DNA of 64,000 nucleotides from Raillietiella orientalis. Lineage: Eukaryota. Position numbers and translations under genes: made by a program. Shown here piece by piece: positions 11,860 to 26,000 of the stretch. Location: assembly GCA_036172245.1 (NCBI GenBank), contig JAYWIR010000021.1:186001-250000 (forward strand). Direction: 5' to 3'. The first letter of the stretch is position 1. The number at the start of each line of letters is the position of its first letter. The notes under the pieces were generated by a model. That model was not told the origin of the DNA, made no database searches, and was given only the letters and a program-made list of their open reading frames with translations.

Positions 11860-12830
11860 CAGTGCTTCTGTTCCTTCGATCCGACGTGTTGTGTCGCCCG
11901 CGGACCGAAGTACCGGCACGCGCGACATCGCCACCGGCGTGAAGCTACAGGACCTAAAACACCTGGTCCAAATCGACAACACATGGGGCCACTGGCCGTT
12001 CGCGCTCTGACGCTCCAGCGCATGGGTGGTGCACGAAACCGACGGCCTAACGTCCTCCATGGTTCTCACAGCGGGAGACTGGAAAAGTTTCGATCCGACC
12101 TGGACGAGGTTCCAGGGCCTCCTGACGTGAGGACCTTGAAGCTCAAGAGCGTTACCAGGAGCAAACTCTGGGACTAGGAGCTCGACAGGGTGATCCCGCT
12201 GTTTCCCAGCGTCCCTTGGGGCGCGGAACCCTCGATCCACAAAACGAATAAGATGACATTGAGGAAATGCTAGCGACTGACCATCAGCGGAGTTATCCAC
12301 GTCCTCGCCTCCAAACAGCGGATGCAAGGGAGGATAACCCACAGGACCCGCGTGCTCTGGCAAGCCCAAGGCACGCAGTGGCGCAGGGTGGATCTCCGAA
12401 CGAACAACGTGAATATGAGAAAAGAGGTCACCGCAGTGAAAGACATGGGGAAGATGCGGAGCAAGCTGGAAGACGCTGCCCTCGACTCGCAGGCCATCGG
12501 GACGGTCCTGTGGAGAACCGCCTTGCAGCCAGTCATTCAGGACTGCCTCCTGATGTTCCACCGCGGATGCATCCTGTGTGGCACGAGGCTCCAGCACTGG
12601 ACCGGGAACCCCGACCAAGACCAGTGGCCCGCTACAACACCCCCGTGAGGAGCATCCTCATCAGGAGAACCAAGCTGACGATGGGCCACCCGAACAACGC
12701 CCGGAACATCCTGCAAGGACTCCTGAACAGGGAGTTAAACATTCGTGCCTGCGAGGAGGTTCCATCGTGGATCCTCCTGCGCTGCTTACAGATAATTAAA
12801 GGATGGAGTAGCGTTTTACCCCGCGTGGGC
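11860..12830 (+). mobile_element. L1/Tx1-like LINE 3' fragment (divergent, internally deleted)
   Basis: LWRTALQPVIQDCLLMFHRGCILCGTRLQHW is a zf-RVT lead-in, and LLRCLQIIKGWSS resembles the family A C-terminus. Confidence 0.6.
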
Positions 12831-12949
12831 CGCGGAGAAAGTGAAAGTGACCTACCGTCCGCTAAAGTGAGAGCGTTTGTTTGTTTCACCTGTTTTCGTT
12901 GCTGCTGCTACCGTTTATAAACTCACCGCACTGCGAGTCGGGCTGGGGA

Positions 12950-14900
12950 AAGACGTGCTGTGTAGGAGAGAAAATCTTCGAAAATTCAGCCAACGAACGG
13001 AACGCCTCTGTCCGTTAGCTGTTGCGCTTACGGACAGAAGTCGGTCCCGGATGCGCAAAATTCCTCGATTTGAAGAATCCATCGGCTCTTTCTTCATCGT
13101 CCACAGACTTCCATCTGGAACATCCGTCAGGTTGCTGTAAGGGGCACGTACATGGGATAGAAGGAGCTGTTGCACTGTTGCCTAATCATTCGGATTCTGC
13201 TGTCCACGAGTTGAACTGCCAACGGACCATCACCGTTCCCTCTGGTCATCACGTAATCTCACTTTCAGAAAACTGGATATTCATGTAGGAATGAATTGCA
13301 CGGAATATCACATCGAAATCAGGGACTTCCATGTGACAGTCTCATCGGGACCATTTGTGGCACTTTCGAAAAGCCACTTCAAGGACCCGTTCCCTCCACG
13401 GCTCGTGACAGCGATTCTCTTCCCATAGTCAGCAGCTCCAATGCTTCCTTTCTGCTATGCCACAACAGCCCACTGGCCTTCGTCCAAGTTGCGGATCTTC
13501 TTCAACGCCAGCAAGGAAGTTTTCTGAGAAGGCATCTACATGGACTCGGGGCATAACGTCGCCACGGCATCCCTACGAATACCCCCATTTTCGTAAATGC
13601 TGCTGAAAAAAACCTGCCTGATTCGGGAAAGCGGTCAGAATCTGGATCCTGATCTTGGCCCCCTGAGAACAACAGATACGGTAAGTACAAGAATCTGATT
13701 CAGGTATAACAGGATTGCGCTCCCAATTCATGCCCCCTTCATCTACTGAGGCTCCGAAGAGACCGACCCCCGCGTTACGTTCCGGAACGAGTGTCGCCTG
13801 ACTTCGAGAGTTCATCTTGAGGTCCCTTTATGACTTTTCTCTCCATCCCTTTGTTCCCTTGAAACTCAAAGAGCTGGTCCACCATGGGAATGCATGCAGG
13901 TTCTCGGAAAGCCAGGGAAGCTTGCTCGAAACCGACGACTGATCAACTGCCGCATCTCTTCCCTCTTCACCGAACTCCTCGAACGGTGTCAAAAACTTCC
14001 GCCATGCAACTGATATTTAACGATGGCTACGGCCTGGACTGCAAGAGTCGAGCAGTCTGAAGGCGACAGCATGAAACTCCGCGAAAGGCTTCGCGTCCCG
14101 GGAAGAAGATGAATCGTTGGCCTTTCCTGAGATGACAGCCAGTGCCTGCCGTCATGTCCAGAGCATGCTTCCTTTCTGACCAGAAAAGTCGACCACTGTG
14201 ATGATCGCTTGGACGCCGTTCTGAGAATCCGCGAATTTGTACCGCCGTCTTTCCTTTCTCTCCGGAAGTTCGGGAAGATGTTTTTTGTCTTTCAACCGAT
14301 GCTCGTGGAGAAGTTCTTCAGATCCTTTCCATTCTTCAGATCTACGACGGTGGTTCCCTCCTCTTTGCATCCACTGCCGAAACGTGCCGATCTTCGGAAT
14401 CGTGTCCACCTTGAACAGCATAGGAATCTCGCTCAGCACTCCTGGAAGCAAAAGTGGTCGAGGGTTCCAGCTGAGCTTCGACACGCTGCAGCAACCTAGT
14501 GAGGATGCAAGCGGAAACCCCAGCTTCCTTTACAGATCCTGTGAATCTGCCGTAGCAAACTGGATGCCAACGTCGGCGGTTCACCTCACCACTCCATTCT
14601 TCGGAAGCAATTCGGATCCAAGCAGCACTCCGTGTGCTTGGATATAGCGCGATAGAGAGAACCCTCAAAATGACGATGGACTTCCAGCTCGAACTCCTCT
14701 TCCCGAACTTAGGCGTTGGAATGTATACACTGCTACTTGAATTTCGTGTGAAAAGTGACCTCGGTTCTTTTTCGTCGCGAAAAGTGGATGTCCGAGCACT
14801 TCCGCGGAGGAAACTTTTTTTTTTTCCGATTGCAAACGGCGGAAAGAGGCGCCGTATTCCGGAGTTTGCGTCACATCTTCTAGTGTGCTTCTTTCCGAAT
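12950..14900 (-). mobile_element. Decayed Gypsy integrase remnant
   Basis: TADVGIQFATADSQDL*RKLGFPLASS (~14500-14580) resembles the integrase core SDNGxQFxSxxFxxF. GDGPLAVQLVDSRIR (~13200) resembles the integrase C-terminus. Confidence 0.45.
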
Positions 14901-15170
14901 AGGCGCGATTGGTGCTCCATTGACTTCTTTTAACGGAGCACTATTCGTAGTTGTGAGTGGACAGGAGAGCAAGGAAGTCTTCGCTGCGCTCCGTTCGAAT
15001 GCACTTGCTAAAGATGAACTCCAGCACAGCGCCCCATCCTCGATCAGCATGCAAGTTGTGCAAAGTTTCTACTGCGTTTGTTTCGTTGCAGATTCCTCAC
15101 TGTTCCAAAGCGGATCTTTATGAGAAAGAAGGCTTGCAATATTTTCAAAGGACTATGCATTCAATAAAAT

Positions 15171-15220
15171 GGAACATTAGAGAAACATTAGAGAATAGAG
15201 AAACATTAGAACATTAGAGA
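15171..15220 (+). repeat. Short imperfect tandem repeat, unit AACATTAGAG(A)
   Basis: Four AACATTAGA units plus a partial unit, read directly. Confidence 0.8.
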
Positions 15221-15299
15221 TTTCCATGAAGAAAAACAATTGCTTCTCAAGGTGTGGATGATCTTAGTACAGCAACCATAGATGAACCCAAATTTTTAT

Positions 15300-16800
15300 G
15301 GATTAATGGAACCTTTCAACTTGCAATTTCCTTACGAGGAGGCGATTACAGTCGACCCCCTTTAGTATGGCCACCTCGTCATGATCCTGATGAAGCAACA
15401 CACGATGGATGGCGTTCCTGTTGATGTTGGACCCTTCCCGGGTGGCTTTGTGCTGCAACGACTCTGCAGAAGCAGCAGAGAGCTGCGATCTCCGCGGCCG
15501 GCGACATTCCTCTCCGAGAAAGGCGTGAGAACAGTTCTCGGGTGGTCCATAGGGAACTGTAAGGTCGTTGCAGATTGTTTCCATGCCCTCCGGAGGGAAT
15601 CACGGTCGATCAACAGGTGCCTGTGCTGGAGTCATTCCCTCTACCGGCACGCCGGCGTGCGTCTTCTTATGGAGTACAATCCCAAGGTCGAGCTGCTTGC
15701 GTGTTGAGATGAGCCCGTTCAGGAGTGCTCGGTCCTGGCCCAGGCGCACTTGCTGAAGAACAGCTGCTGCTCCCTCGATGTAAGGTTCTGGAGGTGGAGG
15801 AGCACGGGTTCCTCGAAGAATTCTCACCAGAGATGATCATCACTGCCACAGGAAAGCTCAAGAAGCTCCTAGCGTCCGAGTTTTCCCGGAACTTCGCTGA
15901 GGAAATGGATTCCCGGTGCTTGGGGTCGCAACGCTGACATGGGAGGTGGACCAAGTGCTGTCCTCCTCCCGATCAACCAGAATGCGTCTCCCCCCCATTG
16001 AAGACTCGCGTAACCTTTCGAAATCGGGGTCCGTCACTCTAGTAAACCCGAAGTTCAGCTGCTTTGGGAACTGTGAGCTGATCGCTCACCGAATGGGCTG
16101 CTCCACATCTACAGCTCACTCAACATGCAGATCTCTGCGACTTTATGAAGATCGGGACGTCCTGCCGCCCTCTTCATCTCTGAAGCAGCAATGCGGATGA
16201 CTTCTTGTCTCTCTTGGCACGGTTCCACTATGTAACCTCGAACCATCATGATCCCGCAGACGCCACACGACATCTCGATGACTGTATCAGACGCAGGCCC
16301 ATCCCGCACCAAGAAACGACGCAGTGAGTCTTTAGAAGCGGCCTCCGGATGCAAAAGCGTCCTCACCGTCAGACTTTCTCCAGAGCAAGAGAGACCACTG
16401 AACTGTACCAACAAGAGCAGAAAGATTCCACACCTGTCACACTCTAGCGACGCGCAGACTTTCGATGAACGCAAACACCAATCCAGGAAGACAACCGCCT
16501 GCTGGGAAGTAACTGTTGAAGCACAGAAAAAGTCTCAAGTTCTCCTGGGATGGTGTTAAATGCTCGTCCCGCGGGATCAGTTCCGTGGTCCACACTTTGC
16601 AGCTCCGGAACAGGCACACGCTGTTCTCGGGAAGGGCATGGAAAACAAACTGTTCCTTGCGCAGATCAGGTTCCGGCAGCAGGGCAGAATCGCCGCAGAG
16701 CGTCCCAGGTCCATGGATTGGCAGGAGGCCAATAGATCGTAAGCAGCTGGAAACGCAGGAAGCCTTCATGGTCTCAGCCGATGTCCGAGAAGGCGTTGTC
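15300..16800 (-). mobile_element. Possible decayed Gypsy integrase remnant
   Basis: GDSALLPEPDLRKEQFVFH...KVW (HHCC lead-in-like) and GMTPAQAPVDRP (like TGxSPAELLFGRP). Weak. Confidence 0.35.
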
Positions 16801-16849
16801 ACCGAGTCAACGAGGAACTCCTGGAACGCTCCGCTATCTCACTAGTCTT

Positions 16850-19450
16850 GCAGCTCAACCTGCGCTTGCTTTGCCGGGATGCGCTCATGAATGCCATTTC
16901 CAACGGTCGACACGTTTACGGTCTGCCGGTGCGGGGGGAATCAGCCAAGATGACAGTTTGTGGTCCATTCCGTTCAGCATCTCCTTTCGGTTAGTGCTGA
17001 ACTCATATGGAAGGAGTCTAGCAATGCTGCAGTTCTCCTGACACGGAACATCGTCCATCGGTCGAAGACCTCGTTCTCCTGCTCCTCATGCCCATTTCGA
17101 CGGCATTGCTCGAGGAATTATTCGAGCTGTTGCGCTGGGGAGCAGACGCGAGCGCGGACAGGACAAAGTCCAAGGTCCTACCATCGGCATCACGTAGAAA
17201 GGGAATAGGGACTTGCTGGATAGATCTTCGTGGAAAGTACCTTGATGTGTGCCCTTCGAGACGACATTCTGCAGCGCGCGGTCGTTTGTGAGGACCTGCA
17301 GCTACCCTGCAGCTGACACCGGATGACGCCTCTTGGGTTTCCAATGACGAATGCTCACGCTCTCGAGAAATTGCGAATGACAGGTTGGTCTCCTACCCCC
17401 TCGTGAATGCATGGCGGCTGAAGGAAGTGGGAACCTCGATCCCCGACCCTGGGCGCAGCTTAACCTGGATCACCCCATGCATAATCTTAGAGGTGACTTT
17501 GAAACGAGTGAGACGGAACTAGAAGAAATGGGTTCTCCTTTTTTGGTACAGTGCAATGAGAATGACCTCTTCCTGTGGAGTGCGAATTCGCTTTTTTTAT
17601 TAACCCAGAATACATGCATGCAGAATACCAGGGAGAAGGGCTACTTGATGTGGCTTCTAGGACTGGGAACGACGAGATGTCTCTTCACCGTCCATTCCTG
17701 TCGTCAACGGTGAACACTACGTGGTGTGGTATTTCGAATGGATTCAGCCGCACACCCGAAAAGGGGGCAAAGCTTTCAACACAAGATGAAGGCGCCTGCT
17801 GAAAAGAGACGGTCTTCTCTTCCTCATTGTACGCGCTTCTACGACTGCTCTCGAAGTGCCATCTCATCTGCCAGATCGCCATTGCACGTCGCATCGGTCA
17901 AGAATTTCCTCTTGCCCCAGGGACCAGACGCGAAAAGCTCCTTCTCGGTGACCACACTGAGGAATGCAGAGCCTTCACGGGAAGACGAAAGTTTCCCGCT
18001 TCGGAGATCAGACTTCCATCGCGAGACGGCACGTTCGGATGAATTCTGGGGAGGAGATACAAACACCTGTTGGAGACGATCTGACGCAATGCTTTCTTCC
18101 TCATTCCTACAGAAAACTGTTAAACAAGAAATGACGATTTAAGTAATGACTGATCCCTTAACAACATTCGATCTTCTTGCTCTCGCAACCAACTGTGTGA
18201 ATTTCGAGTGTCTCTTCCTCTTGCTGAGTAGCCAGGAAACACAGGCGAGATCCAGTCTCCAGTGTTGCAATCTTCTCATCCGACTTGCCGGAAAAGCTAC
18301 TGCTGGAGCGTTGCAGGAAGTAGGTACGAATTTCAAGTTCTGGTTTGTTCTTCTCTTCTGCATAATCAACACAATTGGTCCATTGTAAAGCTTGCCGGAT
18401 GTCCGAAACCGGATGAAATCAAACTCAACCCACAAGTGGCAGAAGATGCGTGGACCGTCTTCCCGGGCCTTTGCGTGCGGCGAGAAGAACGCGAATCGGA
18501 ACACATGCCCTCGAATTTCGGTACCCCTTCGACCCTGAGGTCACCGAATCGGATGCAGGGGAGAGACGTCAAACGGTCCTGCGGACTGCGTTCCGAAATT
18601 CGTCTTGCGAGCCGCCCCTGGCAGTCGGTTGTACAAAAAGCGAACGCAATTCGCACGGACGCATGCATGGGATGCAGCCGATGGGCTGCCATTCGGGGTG
18701 TGGCTGCTCGGCGTTATACGGCCGTACGAAATTCGCTCACGCCGTCCCCATCAACATCTCCTTGCGTGGAGACCACTGCTTCGAAGCGTTTCTATTCAAC
18801 GTCCCTGGTTGGGTTCGTGGGTGGGGGGTCTTGCGCCACGGACGTCCGACAGCACTCGAGGGCAAGACCGGCGATGGGGACCAGAGTGCGTGGCAAGGGA
18901 ACGCAAGGCTGCGAGTGTTCCCGATCTCCCGAAAGCAGGGCAAAGTGGTCGAAATGGAATGGGGACACGCTGTCGATCTTCTACTTTACCGAAATTCCAA
19001 CGCTACCTTGCAGACGAACGCACTCCCCGGGTCTCTGGCTTTTTCCCGCGTAGTGCAAAAATGGCCCGCGTCGCAAAGGCGGAAGTCGAAGGAAGATGCA
19101 GATACACGCGCCGGCATGGGGCGGGTGCAGATAAAAGCCGACGAAGCAAGTGAGCTTGTCAGTCTTGCGGAGTGTGTCTGTTTGCTCAGCGTGCGCTTCT
19201 TAATCTGCGTTTCTTTTCTGCCTCCAAAGCACTGTGAGGGCATAGCGAAGCTTCGGAAGCCGCCAGTCTTTCATCGCGTAAACTGACATCGGGAAGCGCC
19301 AGTAGCGTATGCTTGGCCACCGGGGAATCCTCCATCTTCGTTTGATCTACGGACATTGGTGGGGTGGGGCCGGGAGGTTCGTGAAATTTCCGGCGCGAAG
19401 CGAGGTGTTCTTCAACGGTGCACGGCATTCGTGATGCGCTTCTTGCGCCG
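16850..19450 (+). mobile_element. Decayed Ty3/Gypsy RT-RNaseH-integrase remnant
   Basis: In order: IPFSIS (~16970), LLEELFELLRWG, RNaseH-like LLDVASRTG...GFSRTPEKG (17640-17770), integrase-like RPWQSV...SRW (~18620), and EWGHAVDLLLYRNSNATLQTNALPGSLAFSR (~18960-19050). Confidence 0.65.
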
Positions 19451-19499
19451 GAGGAATCGCAGGAAAAAGACAATTCCTTTCTTGGTTTTCCGTCGAGAT

Positions 19500-22400
19500 G
19501 CGTTTCGGTTCGGAGCGGCATGGAAATCCCCCATTACCTTGCATTCCTGCTCGATGCCTTCTTACGACTTAAGATGGCGCGCTCCGTAGCTGAGGGTCAT
19601 TGAAGGCAAAGGGGGAATAGGAAGACAGCGTTGCGCCCGATGGAAGTGTGCGAATCACCAGAATCAGAATTTGGAAGTGGCGTCCGATAACTCACTTGGT
19701 TTCCCTTTGCTTTCAGCCACTTCTTCCACGTCTTGCCACCAGGAGTGCTGCAGAGGAACAAAAATGAGATTGTGGAACTTGGGATTCCTATTGCTGTTCA
19801 GCTTACCGACCAACGGACACAACAGGTGAAGCAGTGACTCCCTCCTGAAGGAGATTTCCATCCGAGGTGTGGTTGCGAGCTCTTTTCTTGTGCATTGAGA
19901 AAGTGCATTTTTGCGGGTGAGCATGGAGCACGGCGCGGAACCAGAAATCTACCGCCACTGCGTATCCAGAAGAAAACTTGAATTTACAGTAAAGCTCGGA
20001 GTGGACATGCCGAACCATCTCTTTTTCTGGTTGCATTCATTTCGAGGGCCTCGGGCACGAGGAGGCCGCAACAAGTGGTTTGCACGTTGGAAGAGTGGCG
20101 TCCGCGTTTCCTCCGCGCGAACTTTCGTTAAGAGCGAGAAATGCGCTCGCCGCTTCCCAACCTTCGCTCTTCTTCCCGGACTTGAGCGCCCGATTCGTCC
20201 CTGCTCTATTTCGACTGCTTCCCTGGCCACTTGCAAGAGCACGGACCCGGAAACGCGCACGGTAGCTGGTTCTTCATTGCGCATCCACTCCTGGAATGCC
20301 TACGGGTGATTCTTGGCCATTTGTGATGGTGCCTTCCGCTGCTCTTTCTCTTCTGGCCATTGCTTGCTCTTCCCGAGGTTTGGCAGGCGCATGGCAGGAA
20401 ACGCCTTTGTTTCCAAGAATTGTTTTGAAATTTCTCTTCCAAATTGCCATCTTCGTAGAACGAACGTCGCTGCACCACATGCTGGTCAGGAGGTTGGACA
20501 AGATGCAGCTGGTCAGCTCGACGCTCCGAATTTGCATCAAAGGCACCTTCCCAGAGGACGAGAAGGCTCGCCCACTGCTCGACCGGTGGATCTCGCAATT
20601 CCGCTGTTCGCACAACTCCATGTGAGTAAAAGCACCGAAATGTTTCTTTGGCTCTTTTTTTTTTGGTTTTGAATTTGCTTTCGTATTTGATCGCGGGAGG
20701 GTGTTGGAGCCCATCTGAAACGCGCTTGCTGCCATCTCCGTTTCTGGGCAGCCAACCGCTTCATCTGCGGCAACCGCGCAATGTGAAAAATTTGGCTGCC
20801 TAACGCCCCTCTTTCTTCTTGGTCAAGGAAGTGTCCCCTTTGGCGTTTACTTTCTGTCCGTTGGGGCTTTTTCGAAAGCACAGGGCGTTCTGAAGTAGCG
20901 TTTCCTGGCATCGCCGCAAAGTCCGGTCCTCTTATCGAGTACGTGCGGCTGTTTTCCGGGATGCTGGCAGGGAACCCCACGCTCGATAGGCCGGGCAAAA
21001 CACATCCTATCGTGCATGTCGTGTCGCAGCGGTTCTGCACAAAGTCGATAAGAAGAAGTGAAGTCGGTGAAGGGCGCGCTGCTGAAGCCATTTGCGGGTG
21101 GTGTTCGGGAAAGCAATGGGGGACACCCCTGCAGAATGGAGTGAGGGAATCGGTCCCTCAAGTCTGCCGAAATGGCCGCAGGGCTTTTCGATGAAGAGCA
21201 GTGGGAATGGAGTCTCCTGCAGTCGTGAGGGGAATCGTGGGAAGTCTCAGCTTCAGACGGGATCAGAGACTACGAAGGTGCGGCAACTGGGCTCCCCTCG
21301 CTGGAGAGCGTGGACAATTCGTTGAACGCGGGACGGCACGTCGGAAGATGGTCGTCTTGCAAGGCGCATGCAAACACGCAAAGATCGACTTCTATCCTTG
21401 AGATGAGCGTCCGGGACATTTGAGCGCGTAGGATTTCGTTCACGGAGCGAGCGAAACAGTTTCAGTGCCTCTGCAGCACGCGTACTCAACACGGGATGTG
21501 TTTCCTGATGTTCCTTCGTTTTAGGGATTTGCGTTGGAAGTTTCAGCAGGAGTACCACGTCGACACATCATACTTGATCTTGATGGAGGTTCGGAATTCA
21601 TTTCTGTGCTGAAGACTTGGCCAGGTGGAGTGCTGGATCTCTAAAGCACTCTGCTGTGTTCACGTGTCGTGATTTCTAGGTGGACAGCTGTTTGCCGGGG
21701 AAGATTCCTACACATTTCAATGCTTCAATGCGTCCCAACGTATTATTCATGATAATGACTACTTCGGGCAAGTAGCAGAAGATGACTTTTACGTAAGTTT
21801 TGACGTAAGGGGTGAGACTTTGAGCGGGGAGAAGGACCGCTGATTTGGGGAACGGACTGGCATGAGGCGGCGCCTGGAGCTCTGTATCTTTCTCGAGCTC
21901 ACAGCCGCTCCCGGGATGCGGATCTCATAACGCTGCCAAATGCGACTTGCTTGGACCGCCTGTCCCATAAAACGGCCTGAAACAAGCTCGTGACCTGAGG
22001 TGACTAAACGAATGCCTTAGGGACACGAGTTTGCTCGAGGTGCTACCGCGGCTGCCAAAGTTTTCGGTCAGCGCAGCATTTCGTGGGTCCGCGTACGTTT
22101 TCCTTCCGCTCCCTCGAGTAATTGTGACTTCTGAAAGCTGACAGGCAGATGCCTGGGGTCCGAGGTTGAAATGCCGTTTACTTCCAGGTTTTCCCAGTGA
22201 CGCTCATCAATCAGAAATTCTTCGTGATCTCGCAACATAAAACGAATGTAAGAGACATAAGATACCATGGGTACTTGGGACTTTCTCCTAATGCACTTAA
22301 CCATGAAATCAAAGGTCTTTCCTGGTTTTCACGAATATTGTCGATCTATCCGCATCTGTCTCCGACGTTTACTTTTGAGATTCAAAGGTATGTGCTTAGA

Positions 22401-22600
22401 AATTTCACTGCTTCGTTCTTTTCTTTCTTTGCACTCGGCTGCTCGTACGTTCGCGTTGTGTTCTAAACGGAACATTTCTTCGCTGCACGCAAGCACTCGA
22501 AGAGCCTTTGCGGGTTGAGCGTGGCACCTTCTCGTGTTGGGTGGACCAAGGGCCCACCGCAGTCGCACGGTGCTCTACGAGCGCCGCTCGCAGCAGAGGG
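19500..22600 (-). mobile_element. Decayed Ty3/Gypsy pol remnant
   Basis: FMLRDHEEFL...LEVNGI (RT start, ~22200); CVDVVLLL...KEHQ...LFRSLRE (YxDD region, ~21560); CDTTCTIGCVL (RNaseH, ~21020); VEQWASLL; HVHSELYCKF...YAVAVDFW and HTSDGN (integrase, 19860-20010). Confidence 0.65.
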
Positions 22601-23099
22601 GAGATCCACCATTCGGTCCATTGAAGCTCGCCATAGATGGTTTCTCTTTTCGAACCGATGCGATCGAAACGGCCCGGAAATGTCTCGGAAGAGCGAAATC
22701 CGTGATTCATCGAGAACGGGGTGCAAACGCAGCGTCTGCTCACACGGATTTATCTCCTCCGAGTTTCGCTCCCATCTCAAACAAGATGGCTTCCGAGGGA
22801 CTCTATGCAGACCTCGGGTTCCAGCAGGGTTGCGGAGGAGGGCTGGAAACAGAGCTCCTGGCACTGTGTGATGGTCCAATTTTCCCTCCGCACATCCCCT
22901 TCATGCACTGAGGATGAGCAATCACGGACAAAAATGCGTCGTTGCTGACGGCCCAGCAGCATTCTGTTTCTATGACGAGGAAAACGAAACCCAGGATGGT
23001 TGACGTTCGCAGAAACGGGCGACACTCATACAGGAAGAGAGGCGACCGGCTGGGCTGCAGAGACACTAAAAGATTTCCAGACGAGCAATCATATAGTTA

Positions 23100-26000
23100 T
23101 GAGTCCTTGATGTGAGCTTCAGCGATTGCTCAATCTCTGTTTGTCATGGTGCGGTCTCCAAGGATGCTCCTGTGTATCTGAAAGTTGTGTTTCCATGACT
23201 TCATTCGTAAACGCTGCAAAGTCCGACTGTCCCTGTCTCGTACAGACGACACGTCTGTGGTCACAAAGTGCGAGGATGGTCGAGTGCACCGTGAGGACCA
23301 CTCCAATTCAGAATATCAATTACATGGCGAAGACGGTCCACCTGCGCTGCACACACAGAGCACAGGATTAGCTGAATCGTGTTTCTCCCGTGACAGCATA
23401 AGGTGTTGGCGCATGGGTTGTCACCCATCAGGTGCTCCACTGTCAAGCAGGATGCCACAAGTTTCTCTCCCCACTTTGACCACCGATTGTCGGACGGTGT
23501 TCTTTGCCGTTCACAGGTCTCTCCTTATCCTCTGCTGAAGGTGAACTGATTCCCAAAATCCCGATCAACTAGTGGAGAGCGCGGTCACCGTACGTTAGAG
23601 CTGCAGACTATGAATAATCTTTGCAGGGCTAACCCTCATCCTTATGCTGGAAAACTCGTCTTAGGCAGACCTATTACACCGAGTGCTAATCCTTGGGTAT
23701 CAAGACTAAATCCCGGACAAACTTCGTGGTCGTTTCCTGTGGAGAGGTACGATGTTGTACGCGCGGATGGAGAGCCACCTTTTCCTGCTCCCTTCCAGAG
23801 CAGCTTTGGGCTCGCAAGCAATCTGCAGAGGAACATGCACTGCGGTTTTTACTTTCGATGACATGTGGATCGGTCTATCCAGAAGTGATTATGAGACATA
23901 CATTACGATGATAGAAATTCATGATCCTTATCAACTCAAGAATCCGTTAATATCACCTTGGGTGAGTTCCAACTCAATAGTCTTTTGATTACATTTCTCA
24001 CGTAGACGGAATGTTCCCGCATAAAAGACGCTCCTACGTTCACATTGACCGTTGCCGGGAAAATCTTTCAGTTGGCTCCCAGTGACTACTTCGTCAAGGT
24101 AAGTCCAAGGATGCACCTTCACAGGTGTTGATGAAGATTTCAGGTGGCTGATACCCCTATGGAATCCGGAGGAACCTGCGATTCTCTGATCAGAATGACT
24201 CACCCAGAAGACGGAATCATAAAGCTGGGGGGCATCTTCTATGCTAAGCATCGCACAGTATTCCACGTGGGAGACTCATCCACATTTACAATGAGACACG
24301 AGCCATCACCTCGGAAGGTGCTCCTTCCTGAATGTGATTTCCTCCACGTGGCTGACGTCTGCAGACCTGTGCATACGCGCTGGCACAAAGCATGAATAAC
24401 CACCACGATGCGGATGGTGGGGAGAGCTCTTTTCGCATCTCCAATAGAAAATTTTGGCGACATCACTTTCTGGGGCGTCTGTCGCTTCTTGAGCTCACGC
24501 AGCGGCCCATCTTACACGCGTGCAATAGGGCACGGATAGTGAATTCGGTATGGTGAACTGAAGATCCGGCGTCATCCGGAACAGCTGCGAGCTCGATGGC
24601 TGGTTGCGCAGCATCCGTGCGATACTGGAGTCATTCAGTCCTGCGGAGAGAGTCCTCAGGGAAATGAGTTTCCTGTACGGGAAGCATGGCTATCCTGACA
24701 GATGCGCTTGTTTTCATCCTGGCGGTCGACGGATGCCAGACCGCCCTCTTTGCTGAGGTGGTTCCGTCTCCCCATCAAAGAAGAACAAATCAGAGAGGGA
24801 GACACTCCATCACCTCTGCAGCAACCCGCATTCCTTCAATGGGAAGAATGCTGCTTTCATGAGGGGGGTTTTTGAGAGTGGGTCTGCGAGGAGAGTGCAC
24901 GGTTCGAGGCTGCGAGGCATCTTGGAGTCATCTTGGTGAAGTTGGATACCTGCGCACGCCAGAAGGCGTGGAAAGCTCCTGGCAGTGTGGTCAGCCGGAA
25001 CGTCTAGATGGAAAAGAGGAGGAAGTCGGTTGCACGGCTGCACGCTCGCAAAACTGAACGCCGCCATGACGTAGGATGGAAGGCCGCTGGAAGAAACTTC
25101 CCTTCCTTCTCCTTCTCCGTTTGCTAAAAGTCTTTCTTTTCTGTGGATGCTGCATAGAAGCGCGATGCTTGCTGCAAACTGGGAGCTGGTCAGCCTCTGC
25201 CACTGCCTCAGGTCGGGGAAGCAGAGAGAGGAACAGAGTGCTTGCGTCCACTCGTTCCACGCTTGGTGCGGGAGCTCGCTCCTCAGCCAGGTTTCTTTCA
25301 CAGTCTTCGGTTTCCCTGTTTCCCCAGTACGAAGGGAGAGAGTGGGTTCGTTTCTTTCCCAGGTGGTCACTGAAATGAAATGCTTGAGGATGGTGATTCT
25401 GGGACAGCGGTCAATCGTCCTTGCCTTGCGCACTGCGAATTCCTCAAGCGCCGAAGAAACACGAAAGAGGTAGACCAGTGCAAGTCCTCGAGACGACCGC
25501 TGTAGCGACGCGGAAAACATTTGGGTGATGCGCTCACTTGTGGTGCTCCACAGCGTCATTACCGAAGTCGGAAGGTTTCCCAAATGTAACCCCGGGGGGC
25601 TGTCATTACCGGCAGTCATAATGGTGCCGTGCAGCCAGGTCACCGCAGTCCACGAAGGTGCCGTATTCGATGAGTACGTGCTCCGTTTCAACGGAAAGTT
25701 GGAGTGCGGACGGGCGGGCCACCGCCCACAAGATGAAGTCGCAGCCCAAGGTGATCGGCGCAGGCGTGATGGTGACGGCACTTCGGTGCATCTCGACCTC
25801 CGAGGGACACCTCGCTGCTCACAGAAGAGGGGAGCATACCCTAGAGGGGGCGTTCTTGCTCGAGCACAGCTCGTGGCACTCACGTTCAAGGTCTTCCTGG
25901 TGGTAGTGGTGAGCGCTTCGCGAGCGGCGCCGACGCGTGACGCTGTGCGCGAGGACAACCCGAGATCGTCCACACGCCGTTCATCGAGTCCATCGTGAAG

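Noticed and set aside
18262..19286. Overlapping 263- and 278-aa ORFs as genes
   Set aside because: Integrase motifs are split across frames, so this is a frameshifted transposon remnant.
24810..25973. Longest ORF in the window (387 aa) as a novel gene
   Set aside because: Ser/Arg/Thr-rich with no recognisable domain, and it lies in GC-rich sequence collinear with a decayed Gypsy pol. Most likely a chance open frame.
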